64,000 nt of DNA from Eubacterium sp. (GCA_036308545.1 JAXJVN010000005.1:33626-97625); one strand, 5' to 3'. Positions 40,708-50,653 are shown, numbered from the stretch's first letter. Notes: a model not told the origin generated them from the sequence alone. Program-made: numbers and translations.

Positions 40708-41715
40708 TCAGATTGCCACTCCGTAGTTCTCAAGGTTATACTTATTGATTTCATCAATAACGATGCCTTCAACCTCCGGATAAATAGTTCCGGGACCGCC
40801 ATAGGTCATGCCCGGCCAGAAGCCTTTCAGCTTGCCGTATTTTGCCAGCGTGCTGCGGACCTCCGTCCGGATTTCTTCCTCCGAAGCGTCCGCACGGTCG
40901 ATAACAGAATCTACGCCGCCCATAAGCAGCATCCGGTCGCCAACCTGTTCTGAAAGCAGGGCGATGTCGTTCGTGTTCAGAACACCCTGCCAGATATCGA
41001 CGCCGATTTCCGCCATATCCGGAACGATCGGCTGCATATAGGAATCGCCGTGATGCATGACAATGACGCCTTCTGAATGGAGGTAACTGTAAAGTCTTCT
41101 GTAGGGCTCCTTGAAGAACTCTCTCCAGATATCCGGCGAGAAGAAGAGGCTGTTTTTGGATCCCCAGTCATCGTGGGAAATGATCAGATCCGGATGAAGA
41201 TGGTCTACAACCAGCTTCATATAGGTATAACGGTACTCGCAGATGCAGTCGATCAACTCATGAGTAGCATCCGGGTCTTCCAGGAAACTGGTCAGCGTAT
41301 CCTCAAAGGTCATGAGCATATGCATCTGCTCGAAAATACCGGTTCCCATGATGACGCAAGTCAGGTATTTGTCCTGATCGATCTTCGCCTTATTCTCAAG
41401 GGCTGTCTCCCATCCTTCCGAGCATTTGCCGATCAGGTCCGGAACCTTTACATAGTCTTTCCATTCGGAAATATCCTTGATGACCTGATTTTCCGGCGTC
41501 ACGATCGGGATAGCCGCCGGAGCGTCCTGCGGGAAGGAAATATGCGTTCCCCAGGCATCCGTAGACTCTGTTCCGCGGATTCGGTTTCCGCGAATCAGCT
41601 TGAAGCAGGGATCCCCGCCAATCGGCTTCATCATGGTAAATGAATTCAGAAGACATTCGGGATGACCTTTGTCAAATTTCAGCGCTTCCAGTATATTCTG
41701 TTTCGGCGTCAGCAT
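40708..41715 (-). CDS. URO-D family methyltransferase-like protein (paralog of 33768-34832)
   Basis: Same blocks as the paralog: SHDDWGSK, VMHHGDSY and VDIWQG. Start taken at MLTPKQN, preceded by AAAGGAGG. Confidence 0.8.
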   Translation of the reverse strand: MLTPKQNILEALKFDKGHPECLLNSFTMMKPIGGDPCFKLIRGNRIRGTESTDAWGTHISFPQDAPAAIPIVTPENQVIKDISEWKDYVKVPDLIGKCSEGWETALENKAKIDQDKYLTCVIMGTGIFEQMHMLMTFEDTLTSFLEDPDATHELIDCICEYRYTYMKLVVDHLHPDLIISHDDWGSKNSLFFSPDIWREFFKEPYRRLYSYLHSEGVIVMHHGDSYMQPIVPDMAEIGVDIWQGVLNTNDIALLSEQVGDRMLLMGGVDSVIDRADASEEEIRTEVRSTLAKYGKLKGFWPGMTYGGPGTIYPEVEGIVIDEINKYNLENYGVAI

Positions 41716-41815
41716 TTTTTTGTCCTCCTTTATAAAAAATGATAACACGATTAAGCTGTCTTTCCGCACGACAGACTTATTACTATTTCCAGATTAGCAG
41801 AAAAAAAAAACCTTG

Positions 41816-41846
41816 TAAAATAAAAAAGAGCGGAAATTCCCGCTCT
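41816..41846 (-). terminator. terminator of lgt
   Basis: AGAGCGG / CCGCTCT followed by TTTTTTATTTT on the minus strand. Confidence 0.7.
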
Positions 41847-41874
41847 TTTTTCATACTTTCTGTCGTTCTTTGGC

Positions 41875-42765
41875 TCATTCTTTTTCCGGCGCGTCTTCTG
41901 TTACTGCATTCTCTTCCGCGCTTGTTTCCGTCACAGCTTCCGTCGTATTCTCTTCAGCTTCTGCGGGAACTTCTTCCGCGCTTGCCTCCGTTATAGTTTC
42001 CGCCGGCTTTGGCTGACGTTTTTTTACAAGGACCAGCATGATGACGCCTGCTGCCAGTGTGAAGAGTCCAAGGAACTGGGAGGTAGACAGGGGTCCGACC
42101 GATCCTCTGATCAGGTCGCCGCGGAAGAATTCAATGATAAATCTTCCCAGGCTGTAAAGAATCAGGTAGAATGCTGATACCTCTCCATCTTTTTTCTTCC
42201 ATTTCCTGTCATAATGAATCAGGAAAAGGAAAAGCAGGAAATCCCCCGCGCTGGAGATGAGCTGGGTAGGTACCAGGTGGACGTGGTTAGGCGCGAAGTC
42301 AGAATGTGAAAACTCGATATAAAAAGGTCCATCCGTCTCAACGCCGTAGCAGCAGCCTGCGAAAAAGCATCCGATTCGTCCGATTGCCTGGGCCAGTGCC
42401 ACACTGGGCAGACCAACATCAAAATACTGAAGCGCATTCAGCTTCTTGTGACGGCACCAGATCCAGCCTCCAAGAATTCCTCCCAGGATTCCCCCCAGGA
42501 CGACCCACCCGGAACGAATGGCATCCCCGATGATGGACGGGTCAGCGATCAGCTTGGGGAAAATAGTGATCAGATAGAGCAGCTTGGAGCAGACATATCC
42601 GAATACTACGCACATGATGACGATTGGAAAGAACTGGTCCGCATCCATCCCCTTCTTTTTTGCTCTGTATTCCGCCGAAAAATAGGCGGCAATGATAGCC
42701 AATCCGGTCATAAGACCATAGGTATGGACCGTCAAGCTTCCGATTGAGAATAAATCATTATACAT
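41875..42765 (-). CDS. lgt: prolipoprotein diacylglyceryl transferase
   Basis: Lgt-like TM pattern and GRIGCFFAGCCYG, plus a Glu/Ala/Thr-rich C-terminal tail of about 45 aa. Confidence 0.9.
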   Translation of the reverse strand: MYNDLFSIGSLTVHTYGLMTGLAIIAAYFSAEYRAKKKGMDADQFFPIVIMCVVFGYVCSKLLYLITIFPKLIADPSIIGDAIRSGWVVLGGILGGILGGWIWCRHKKLNALQYFDVGLPSVALAQAIGRIGCFFAGCCYGVETDGPFYIEFSHSDFAPNHVHLVPTQLISSAGDFLLFLFLIHYDRKWKKKDGEVSAFYLILYSLGRFIIEFFRGDLIRGSVGPLSTSQFLGLFTLAAGVIMLVLVKKRQPKPAETITEASAEEVPAEAEENTTEAVTETSAEENAVTEDAPEKE

Positions 42766-42903
42766 TATTAATTAACTCCTGTTTTTCCGTTAACAGCAGC
42801 AAAACTCCGGATCCTTTTTACAGGAACAGCAGCCGTTTTTGCTGCCTGAACGATCAGAGAACGGATGCCGTAAAGCTTTTTTTGCCGCAAACGTATTTCA
42901 ATG

Positions 42904-43779
42904 TCAGCAGAATCGCTGAGAGAGAAGGCGGATGAATTCCGGCGTCGTACCGCAGCATCCGCCAATCATCCCGGCACCCGCCTTTACAATTTTCTCCATG
43001 CAGTCCGCAAAATATTCCGGCGTCATGTCATAGATACTGCTGCCGTCCGGTGCCGCCTTTGGAAGGCCGGCGTTTGGTTTTGCGATAACCGGGATTTGTG
43101 CGACTGCTGCCATATCGGATGTAATTCCGGCCATCTGGTCCGGTCCCATGGAGCAGTTGATGCCGGCAGCGTCAGCTCCCTGGTCCTGAAGTTTTTTCAC
43201 CAGTTCAACAGCACTTCCTCCGAATATGGAACGGCCGCTTTCCGTAACCGTCAGAGTGCAGATAAAAGGAAGGCTTTCGGATACCCGGCGAACCGCCTTC
43301 AGTGCAATTTCGGCTTCCCGGACGTCCATCAGTGTTTCTGCAACTATCAGATCGACCCCTGCCTGCAGCAGATAAGAAACCTGCTCTTTGTAAGCATCCA
43401 GCAGTTCCTCTTCTTCCAGTTCCCCAACCGGGTCCAGAGGTTCGCCCGGGGTAGTCAAGTCACCGGCGACCAGCACATTTGGTCCTACAGCTTCCCGTGT
43501 AAGGGCTGCCAGACCTTTATTCAGCTTTTCAACTTCATTCTGCAGTCCGAAGCGTTCAAGACTGACACGGTTGGCTGCAAAAGTCGGAGCATAGACAATC
43601 TGCGAGCCAGCCTCAGCATAGCCCTTCTGAAGTTCTTTCATGGCATCCCCATGCTCCAGAATCCACTGCTCCGGACAGACGTTTCTGGGCATGCCAGCCT
43701 TCATCATATTAGTGCCTGTCGCACCATCCAGGAGTACAATGCCCTTAGCAGTCAATTGACGAAATTCTTCTCTGGTCAT
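42904..43779 (-). CDS. homocysteine S-methyltransferase domain protein (stand-alone MetH-N-like Hcy domain)
   Basis: LLDGATGTNMM, the INCSMGP Cys and the GGCCGTTPEFI zinc ligands. Confidence 0.85.
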   Translation of the reverse strand: MTREEFRQLTAKGIVLLDGATGTNMMKAGMPRNVCPEQWILEHGDAMKELQKGYAEAGSQIVYAPTFAANRVSLERFGLQNEVEKLNKGLAALTREAVGPNVLVAGDLTTPGEPLDPVGELEEEELLDAYKEQVSYLLQAGVDLIVAETLMDVREAEIALKAVRRVSESLPFICTLTVTESGRSIFGGSAVELVKKLQDQGADAAGINCSMGPDQMAGITSDMAAVAQIPVIAKPNAGLPKAAPDGSSIYDMTPEYFADCMEKIVKAGAGMIGGCCGTTPEFIRLLSQRFC

Positions 43780-43943
43780 GGATAATCTCCTTTCACGGTA
43801 TGAAACAATCTTATATTTAGAAAGTTCTGTATGAAAATCTCTTGTTCAGAAAATCCTATCTGTACCGATTTTATCTGTTCTCACACCTGATGTAAATACG
43901 CGCCGGCGGTCGGAGCGACACATTCGTAGAATTGTACAAGAAT

Positions 43944-43995
43944 CCGGGCACCGGTCAAAGTGCCAGGCCAAAGTGACAGTCAGCCAAAGTGACAG
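43944..43995. repeat. tandem CAAAGTG-containing repeats
   Basis: GTCAAAGTGCCAG followed by two copies of GCCAAAGTGACAGTC (16-nt period). The last copy forms the hairpin GCCAAAG/CTTTGGC. Confidence 0.7.
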
Positions 43996-44030
43996 TCCCT
44001 TTGGCTAAAAGTATCCTAATATCCGCAGGT

Positions 44031-44080
44031 AAGAAAAAAAGCCATGCGGATTGCCGGATATTGGCAAAAATCCGCATGGC
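44031..44080 (-). terminator. terminator of the lipoprotein gene
   Basis: AGCCATGCGGAT / ATCCGCATGGCT long hairpin followed by TTTTTTTCT on the minus strand. Confidence 0.8.
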
Positions 44081-44097
44081 TCTGGTTTTTTCTGGAA

Positions 44098-45216
44098 TTA
44101 AGATGCTGAAGTAACTTCTTCCGCAGATGATGCTGCCGAACCGTCAGAGCTGTCTGCCGCGCCGGACGAAGTCGCTGTTACAGTCGTATACAGGTCTTTG
44201 TCGGAAACCTCCAGCTTGTCCCAGCATTTCTCAGTCTTGGTTTCAGACTCTTTCTTCCAGGCATCCAGTTTCTTATTGTAGTTGTCGGATTCTCTGGTGG
44301 AAATGATGGTCTGCTTCTGGGTCTCGGTGGCGTCCTCATCAAACTTCTTGTTCTGACGGACTACGTAGTAGTAATCTCCGGTATCAATGACCTTATCATA
44401 AATCCGGCCGTCTTCCAGAGACCTTGCGGTTTCATAAATTTTATCCGGAAGAAGCGTACTGTCGTCATTATAGGAAGTGTCTCCTACAACCAGGTCCGGA
44501 TCAATTTCCTCAGCCAGCGCTTTCATATCGCAGCCCGCAGGATCGGAATCCTCTTTGACCTTTTCAATCAGCTTCTCAAGATTGTCCCACTTTTCCTGCT
44601 TCTGATCATCTGTCAGGTTGACCTGATTGCCCTGGTCATCTGACGTTACAAAATCAATTCTGGCATAAGTCAGGGTAGACATTGCCGCTTCATCATCCGA
44701 AACATTTCTGTCCGTATCGGCAATCATAGGATTATACATGAGGCGGGTATAAGTCTCAAACTCGATCGCTTCTTTGATATTTTCTTCCGAAATACCATTC
44801 TCGTCCATGCTGTCTTTGTTTTTTTCATAGACTTTTTTAGCGGTATCATCGATACTGGTCTGAAGATCTTCCGGAATGGTTACGTTATATTCATCAGAAT
44901 GGGCTTTCATCAGAATGTCAACCGCGATATTGTCCCTTACGCTGTCCTTGAATTCCTGACCATATGTAACTTCTTCACTGGAACTGTTCGTATATGCGGT
45001 ATCCCAGATACCGGTCGTTCCATATCCGTAAGCAGTCATCATATTGGTCGTAGCCGCCTGACTGTAGCGAAGCAGGAAGGAAGCTGCTCCAAGCGAAATA
45101 CTGTTGTCACCAACCGTAATGGCAGGCTGATTTCCATCTGTACTGCCGCATCCTGTCAGAAGTGCAGACGCCGCAAGAACAAAAGCACCTGCAGCGGCAA
45201 TGATTCTGTTTTTCAT
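44098..45216 (-). CDS. secreted lipoprotein, possibly a SurA/PrsA-N-like chaperone-domain protein
   Basis: Lipobox LLTGC. It occupies the position downstream of mfd where Clostridia often encode a foldase-like lipoprotein. I did not recognise a PPIase motif. Confidence 0.6.
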   Translation of the reverse strand: MKNRIIAAAGAFVLAASALLTGCGSTDGNQPAITVGDNSISLGAASFLLRYSQAATTNMMTAYGYGTTGIWDTAYTNSSSEEVTYGQEFKDSVRDNIAVDILMKAHSDEYNVTIPEDLQTSIDDTAKKVYEKNKDSMDENGISEENIKEAIEFETYTRLMYNPMIADTDRNVSDDEAAMSTLTYARIDFVTSDDQGNQVNLTDDQKQEKWDNLEKLIEKVKEDSDPAGCDMKALAEEIDPDLVVGDTSYNDDSTLLPDKIYETARSLEDGRIYDKVIDTGDYYYVVRQNKKFDEDATETQKQTIISTRESDNYNKKLDAWKKESETKTEKCWDKLEVSDKDLYTTVTATSSGAADSSDGSAASSAEEVTSAS

Positions 45217-45239
45217 TTTTTATTTTCCTCCTGGATCCC

Positions 45240-45395
45240 GGTACAGTTTTTCTCTGTACCATTCTTTCCTCAATTTCGGCACAGATGTTTCTTCTCTGTC
45301 CCGTTTTTTTCTCACTTCAGGAACAGATGCCGGATTGCCTGTCCCATTTTTTCACGCTTCAGGAACAGATGCTGGATTGCCTGTCCCATTTTTTC
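45240..45395. repeat. array of four hairpin-plus-T-tract units, the last two being 42-bp near-identical tandem copies
   Basis: Units are GGTACAG..CTGTACC, GGCACAGATG..CTGTCCCG+T7, and two copies of GGAACAGATGC(C/T)GGATTGCCTGTCCC+ATTTTTT (45320 and 45362). Confidence 0.8.
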
Positions 45396-45442
45396 ACGCA
45401 TATACACTGGATTATAAACTTTTTGATGCGCTCTGGCAACAA

Positions 45443-48400
45443 TTAGCTTTTCTTCTCTGTTTCCGCCAGATCTGCAAGTTCATCCATAAAAGCATGAAGA
45501 ATGTTCATGATCTTATCGGGGTTTGTCTTTACCTCTTTCAGGCTCAGGCGGAAGAAGGGCGGATCCGTCATCTGAAAACTCAAAGTCCTTCCATAGCGGC
45601 TCAGAAGCTCCGGAATCCTCTGTACGTCCAGTCGGGCTCTCGGGTACAGTTCAATCCGAACAGCATCTCCGATCTGCTTGATCGCTGTTACATAAGCCCG
45701 GTGAGCAATTGCCTTTATCTCTGCAATCGCGATCAGATTAGTGACGCTCCGCGGCGGATCTCCGAAGCGGTCGATGAGTTCTTCCATGATGTCATCCGCT
45801 TCTTCTTTATTCCGTATTGCAGCAATTCTCTGATAAATCTGCAGTTTCTGCGTTTCATCCGGAATATAGGCAGGCGGGATAAAAGCGCTGACGCCGATAT
45901 CGATTGACGTCTCGAATGCTTCTTCCGGTGTCTCTCCTTTTTCTTCCCGGACAGCTTCCGCCAGCATCTTGCAGTATAGGTCGTAGCCGATTTCTTCCAT
46001 ATGGCCGCTCTGCTCAGCGCCAAGCAGGTTTCCGGCTCCACGGATTTCCAGGTCCCTCATAGCTACCTTGACGCCGCTTCCGAACTCTGTGTACTCACGT
46101 ATCGCATGCAGTCTCTTCTCCGCGACTTCCTTTAGAACCTTGTCCCTCTTGTACATAAGGAAAGCATAGGCTGTACGGTTGGACCGCCCGATTCTTCCCC
46201 TCAGCTGATAAAGCTGGGCAAGTCCCATCCGGTCCGCGTCCTGAATGATCATGGTGTTGGCATTGGAAATATCCATTCCGGTCTCAATAATAGTCGTAGA
46301 TACCAGGACGTCAATTTCACGGTTGACGAAGCTGTACATGATAGTTTCCAGTTCAGAGGCTTTCATTTGTCCGTCGGCATAGGCAATCGATGCCTCCGGA
46401 AGAAGCTTCTGCAGCCTGCCTGCAACGTCTGCAATCGTATTGACCCGGTTGTAGACGTAGTAAACCTGACCCCCTCTTGCCAGTTCCCTGGATATGGCTT
46501 CCCGGACGATTTCTTCATTATATTCCAGTACATAAGTCTGGATCGGCGTCCGGTCCATGGGAGGCTCCTCCAGCGTACTCATATCGCGTATCCCGATCAG
46601 GCTCATATGAAGGGTCCTGGGAATCGGAGTTGCCGTAAGGGTAAGGACATCGACGTTTTTCTTGAGTTCCTTAATTTTCTCTTTATGCGTGACGCCGAAG
46701 CGCTGCTCCTCATCTACGACCAGCAGACCCAAATTGCTGAATTTCACGTCCTTGGACAGGAGCCGGTGGGTTCCGATCACGATATCCAGCCTTCCATCTC
46801 TTAATTCTTCCAGCGTTTTCTTCTGCTGGGCTGAAGTACGAAAGCGGGAGAGCAGGCCGATATTAACGGCAAAGTTTTCCATCCTCTGGGTAAAGGTATT
46901 GTAGTGCTGCTGAGCCAGAATGGTGGTCGGTACCAGGACGGCAACCTGCTTATGGTCCATGACGGCCTTGAAAGCAGCGCGGATGGCAATTTCTGTCTTA
47001 CCGTAACCGACGTCGCCGCAGATCAGCCGGTCCATTGCCTTGTCACTTTCCATGTCCCGCTTGGTATCTTCAATAGCCTGAAGCTGGTCCTCCGTTTCCT
47101 CAAAGGGGAACATCTCTTCAAACTCTTTTTGCCATTCTGTGTCCTTGCTGAACTGAAAACCCTTTGCATCCATACGGGCGGCATAGAGAGAGACCAGCTG
47201 TTTCGCGATATCTTTTACGGCACTTCTGGCCCTGCTCTTCTGCCTGCCCCATTCTTTTCCGCCCAGCTGGCTGACCTTGGGATGTTCCTTCGCTGTGCTG
47301 CCGCCGGAATATTTCTGCAGAACATCCAGCTGCGTGGCTGCTACATAAAGATTGGCTCCTTTGGCATATTCGATCCGGATATAGTCCTTAACGACGTGAT
47401 CCGTTTCAATCTTTTCAATTCCCCGGTAGATTCCAAGTCCATGATCCTCATGAACGACATAATCACCGACGGACAGTTCCGAGAAATCGTGGATTTTCAG
47501 CTCATTTGGGACCTTACGCTTAAAGCGTCTGCGGGTCTTCTCCACGCCAAAAATATCCGACTCTGTAACTACGGCGAAGCCCAGCATGGGATACTCGAAT
47601 CCGCGTGCAGCATTTCCTCTGGTAACCATGATTTCCCGCTGCTGCAGAATCCGGTCCGGATTCTCGCTGTAGAAGGCGCTTAAGCCTTCTTCACCCAGTT
47701 CATGGACAAGACGTTCCCCTCTGGTCCCGGAAGCGGAAAGCAGAATGACCTTATAACCCTTCTTTTTCCATTTTCCCAGGTCTTTTACCAGAGTATCGAA
47801 CTGATTGTTATAGGAGTTAACCGACCGCGCTTCCACGCCCAGCTCCCGGGCGATATCAAAATCGCTTCTGCGAAGCGGCATGAGGCTCATGCCGATGCAG
47901 CCTTTTATCTGAAACCGCGCCATAAGTTCGGTCTCCGTCAGCATGCGTGCGGCTTCCTCCGGCGCGCTTGTGCCCGCTTCGATCCGGTGCTTCATGGCTT
48001 CCTGATATTCGTCCGAAAGGGCTCTGGCGCTCTCCAGGATTCTGGCCGGTTCATCCAGAAAAATAACAGAATCTCCCGGCAGATAGTCCAGGATCGTGTC
48101 TGTCATATGTCGGAAGCGAGAGGGATCTTCCGGATCCATCCCGGGTTCTTCTCCTGCCGGATAAATGGTAATTTCCTTCTGCCGTTCAATGGACCTCTGG
48201 CTATCTGTCTCGAAGCTGCGGATAGAATCAATTTCGTCTCCGAACAGTTCGATTCTCCACGGAACCTCCTCCGTCACGGAAAAAACGTCAATAATGTCGC
48301 CTCTCACTGAGAACTGGCCGGGAGCCTCAACCATTGCTTCTCTCGTATAACCCAGTTCCGTCAGTTTTTTTGAAAAAACCTTCAGATCCAGTTCCTGGTC

Positions 48401-48904
48401 GTCTGTGATATGAATCAGTTTATTTTTGAGCACGCGAAGAGGCAGGAGTCGTTCCATACACCCCCCTGCGAAAGTGACAATGGTTACGCTCTCCTGCTCA
48501 TTCTCTTCTTGCTTTTCTTTATCCCGGTCAGATGATTCCTGACTCTGAAGCGGTGCATCTGACAGGCTGATGAGTGCTTTGATGGCACTCATTCTCTGTC
48601 TTGTCAGCTGGCCGCCCGATACGTCCGCCTGATAGAAAATCAGGTCCCTTCCCGGAAATCTGTACGTGCTGCGGTCATAAAGCCTCAGGTCCTCATAAGC
48701 CTGGCGGGCTTTCAGTTCGTTCTCGGCTACATAGAGAACTGCTCTCCTGCCTTCAGAAATACCGGAAGCCAGATTCGCTTTCTGAGATTCGATACAGCCT
48801 GATATTTCAAGCATACCCTGAGGCTTAGCCGCAAACTCTCTCATCTCACTGAACCCTGCCATAGAGGCAAGCGGCTCAAGTAAGGCTTTCATTCGATTTT
48901 TCAT
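45443..48904 (-). CDS. mfd: transcription-repair coupling factor
   Basis: Superfamily 2 helicase motifs (GDVGYGKTE, DEEQRFG), a CarD-like domain and a TRCF C-terminal domain. Confidence 0.95.
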   Translation of the reverse strand: MKNRMKALLEPLASMAGFSEMREFAAKPQGMLEISGCIESQKANLASGISEGRRAVLYVAENELKARQAYEDLRLYDRSTYRFPGRDLIFYQADVSGGQLTRQRMSAIKALISLSDAPLQSQESSDRDKEKQEENEQESVTIVTFAGGCMERLLPLRVLKNKLIHITDDQELDLKVFSKKLTELGYTREAMVEAPGQFSVRGDIIDVFSVTEEVPWRIELFGDEIDSIRSFETDSQRSIERQKEITIYPAGEEPGMDPEDPSRFRHMTDTILDYLPGDSVIFLDEPARILESARALSDEYQEAMKHRIEAGTSAPEEAARMLTETELMARFQIKGCIGMSLMPLRRSDFDIARELGVEARSVNSYNNQFDTLVKDLGKWKKKGYKVILLSASGTRGERLVHELGEEGLSAFYSENPDRILQQREIMVTRGNAARGFEYPMLGFAVVTESDIFGVEKTRRRFKRKVPNELKIHDFSELSVGDYVVHEDHGLGIYRGIEKIETDHVVKDYIRIEYAKGANLYVAATQLDVLQKYSGGSTAKEHPKVSQLGGKEWGRQKSRARSAVKDIAKQLVSLYAARMDAKGFQFSKDTEWQKEFEEMFPFEETEDQLQAIEDTKRDMESDKAMDRLICGDVGYGKTEIAIRAAFKAVMDHKQVAVLVPTTILAQQHYNTFTQRMENFAVNIGLLSRFRTSAQQKKTLEELRDGRLDIVIGTHRLLSKDVKFSNLGLLVVDEEQRFGVTHKEKIKELKKNVDVLTLTATPIPRTLHMSLIGIRDMSTLEEPPMDRTPIQTYVLEYNEEIVREAISRELARGGQVYYVYNRVNTIADVAGRLQKLLPEASIAYADGQMKASELETIMYSFVNREIDVLVSTTIIETGMDISNANTMIIQDADRMGLAQLYQLRGRIGRSNRTAYAFLMYKRDKVLKEVAEKRLHAIREYTEFGSGVKVAMRDLEIRGAGNLLGAEQSGHMEEIGYDLYCKMLAEAVREEKGETPEEAFETSIDIGVSAFIPPAYIPDETQKLQIYQRIAAIRNKEEADDIMEELIDRFGDPPRSVTNLIAIAEIKAIAHRAYVTAIKQIGDAVRIELYPRARLDVQRIPELLSRYGRTLSFQMTDPPFFRLSLKEVKTNPDKIMNILHAFMDELADLAETEKKS

Positions 48905-49007
48905 AAAATATCTGCGCGAATTTCGTGAAGTGAGAAGTGATATGTGTGTTAAAAATTTGATGCCGGATTGTTCCGCGCTTCCACAATCCGCACCGGTCTC
49001 AAAAAAA

Positions 49008-49610
49008 TCAGACCTTTGATGACTCTGTTTTTTCCTCCGGATTAACTTTGCGGTTAAAGGTACTCATGGCCTTGTCCACATCGCCTTCCAGAATCATGGC
49101 CACCGCCTCACCTGCTCTTTCGATGGCACCATTTACAGCCGGACGAACCTCTTTGTCGAACGGTGCAAGCACATAATCAGCCAGGTCCCACTTGTCCGGT
49201 TTCGCTCCTGTTCCGATGCGGACGCGCATAAATTTATTGGTGCCCAGGCATTGCACAATATTCTTCATACCATTATGGCTGCCCGGACTCCCGCTCTTGC
49301 GGACACGGATCTGGCCCGGATCCAGATCAATATCGTCATAGATAACGATCAGTTCTGTCTCCGGGTCAATCTTATAATAATGAACGTATTCCTGAATGGA
49401 TTCCCCGGATAAGTTCATGTAAGTCATTGGCTTCAGCAGGATCACACTCTGTCCTCCGATCCTGCCTTTGCCGTAAACGCCTTTCATGCTGACCCCGGAA
49501 GAGGGAATCCTGTACTTATCAGCCAGATAGCTGATGGCATCAAAGCCCATGTTATGCTTCGTGCCTTCATATTTTTTGCCCGGATTGCCCAGGCCTGCTA
49601 TTAAATACAT
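49008..49610 (-). CDS. pth: peptidyl-tRNA hydrolase
   Basis: MYLIAGLGNPGKKYEGTKHNMGF. Confidence 0.95.
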   Translation of the reverse strand: MYLIAGLGNPGKKYEGTKHNMGFDAISYLADKYRIPSSGVSMKGVYGKGRIGGQSVILLKPMTYMNLSGESIQEYVHYYKIDPETELIVIYDDIDLDPGQIRVRKSGSPGSHNGMKNIVQCLGTNKFMRVRIGTGAKPDKWDLADYVLAPFDKEVRPAVNGAIERAGEAVAMILEGDVDKAMSTFNRKVNPEEKTESSKV

Positions 49611-49622
49611 AGTTGATACCTG

Positions 49623-50579
49623 TTAATTAAAGTATACATTTTCGTCCGCCGGAGCCTCGGCGCTCTTGATGCTGATCGCGTGATATACCGGTTCTTCACC
49701 GCCGGCTGAAGGAATATACTCAGAATCAACCGTTGCGGTTACTTCTACCCAGCTTCCTTCCACAAGCTGCTTCGCGTTTTTGGAATGGCAGATATAACCG
49801 ATGTACTGCATATCCTGGGCGCAGCAGGTCATTGCCGAACGCGCAGGTATGAAATATGGCGCGTCTTTTTTTCTGCTCTTCAGGACCTGACCCTTGAAAC
49901 GGACTTTCCTGCCCTTGTAGCGCTCGGGATGGTCCTGCATATCGACGAAGAATATGCCGTAGTCTACGTCCTCGATTTCGATAACGTCCTGGTTCAGATC
50001 GTAAGGAACAGAATCTTCAAAAATATCGACCGGATCTCCTTCCTTATCTATAAACTGAACGTCTGCGGACGGATTGGCGACTTTGATGCTGCGGCGGAAA
50101 TTTGCCAGAGGCAGGTCTTTCTTTGCCCGGTTGAAGAGAACCAGGTCGGCATTTCTGGCCATCTCCATGAAGAGCGACTTCATGTTGGTCATATAAAGCT
50201 GGAAGGTTGAGCAGTCGACAATAACAATCTCCTGCACGATGCCCCAGCCTTCCGGCATCTTCATCTCCTCCAGCTTGGGAAGGCCCCAGAGCGGATTAAA
50301 TTCGATGATCACGCGCTCCGGTTTGTATTTACGATCCAGCTCGACCAGTTTTTCCGGCGTGAGGTCATCCTCTTCCTCAATCTGTGTTACAAGCGTCGCA
50401 TATTTGAGAAGATTTTTCGCGTCATATTCTTCTTCGCCCTCCTCGCAGTTTATGAGAAGGGTCGGTTCGTCAATCTGAAAGTAATCCTGGCGGCAGGTAA
50501 AATTCAGGAAAGAGGTCTTGCCTGCTTCCAGAAAACCGGTAATCACATATATCGGTACCCGGATATCATCTTCTTCCAT
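49623..50579 (-). CDS. degenerate G3E/CobW-like P-loop domain fused to a DUF1980-like C-terminal CC domain
   Basis: P-loop ITGFLEAGKTSF is present, but there is no CxCC motif. The C-terminus reads RSAMTCCAQDMQYIGY. Confidence 0.6.
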   Translation of the reverse strand: MEEDDIRVPIYVITGFLEAGKTSFLNFTCRQDYFQIDEPTLLINCEEGEEEYDAKNLLKYATLVTQIEEEDDLTPEKLVELDRKYKPERVIIEFNPLWGLPKLEEMKMPEGWGIVQEIVIVDCSTFQLYMTNMKSLFMEMARNADLVLFNRAKKDLPLANFRRSIKVANPSADVQFIDKEGDPVDIFEDSVPYDLNQDVIEIEDVDYGIFFVDMQDHPERYKGRKVRFKGQVLKSRKKDAPYFIPARSAMTCCAQDMQYIGYICHSKNAKQLVEGSWVEVTATVDSEYIPSAGGEEPVYHAISIKSAEAPADENVYFN

Positions 50580-50653
50580 TTTTTATGTCTCCTTATCTCT
50601 TCCGCTATAATCCCGGTTCATGCATCCTGTAAAAAATGCACAGGCGTTCTTCT

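Noticed and set aside
43780-43943. Expected SAM, cobalamin or THF riboswitch upstream of the homocysteine-methyltransferase gene (also checked upstream of both URO-D genes)
   Set aside because: I could not find the S-box core, the B12 box (GCCACTG-type) or THF motifs by eye. Only AT-rich sequence with ACAGATA direct repeats is present. A covariance-model scan would be needed to be certain.
45240-45395. The tandem repeats considered as a CRISPR array
   Set aside because: There are only two near-identical 42-bp units plus two degenerate ones, with no unique spacers between the repeats and no cas genes anywhere in the window. Each unit is a hairpin plus a T-tract.
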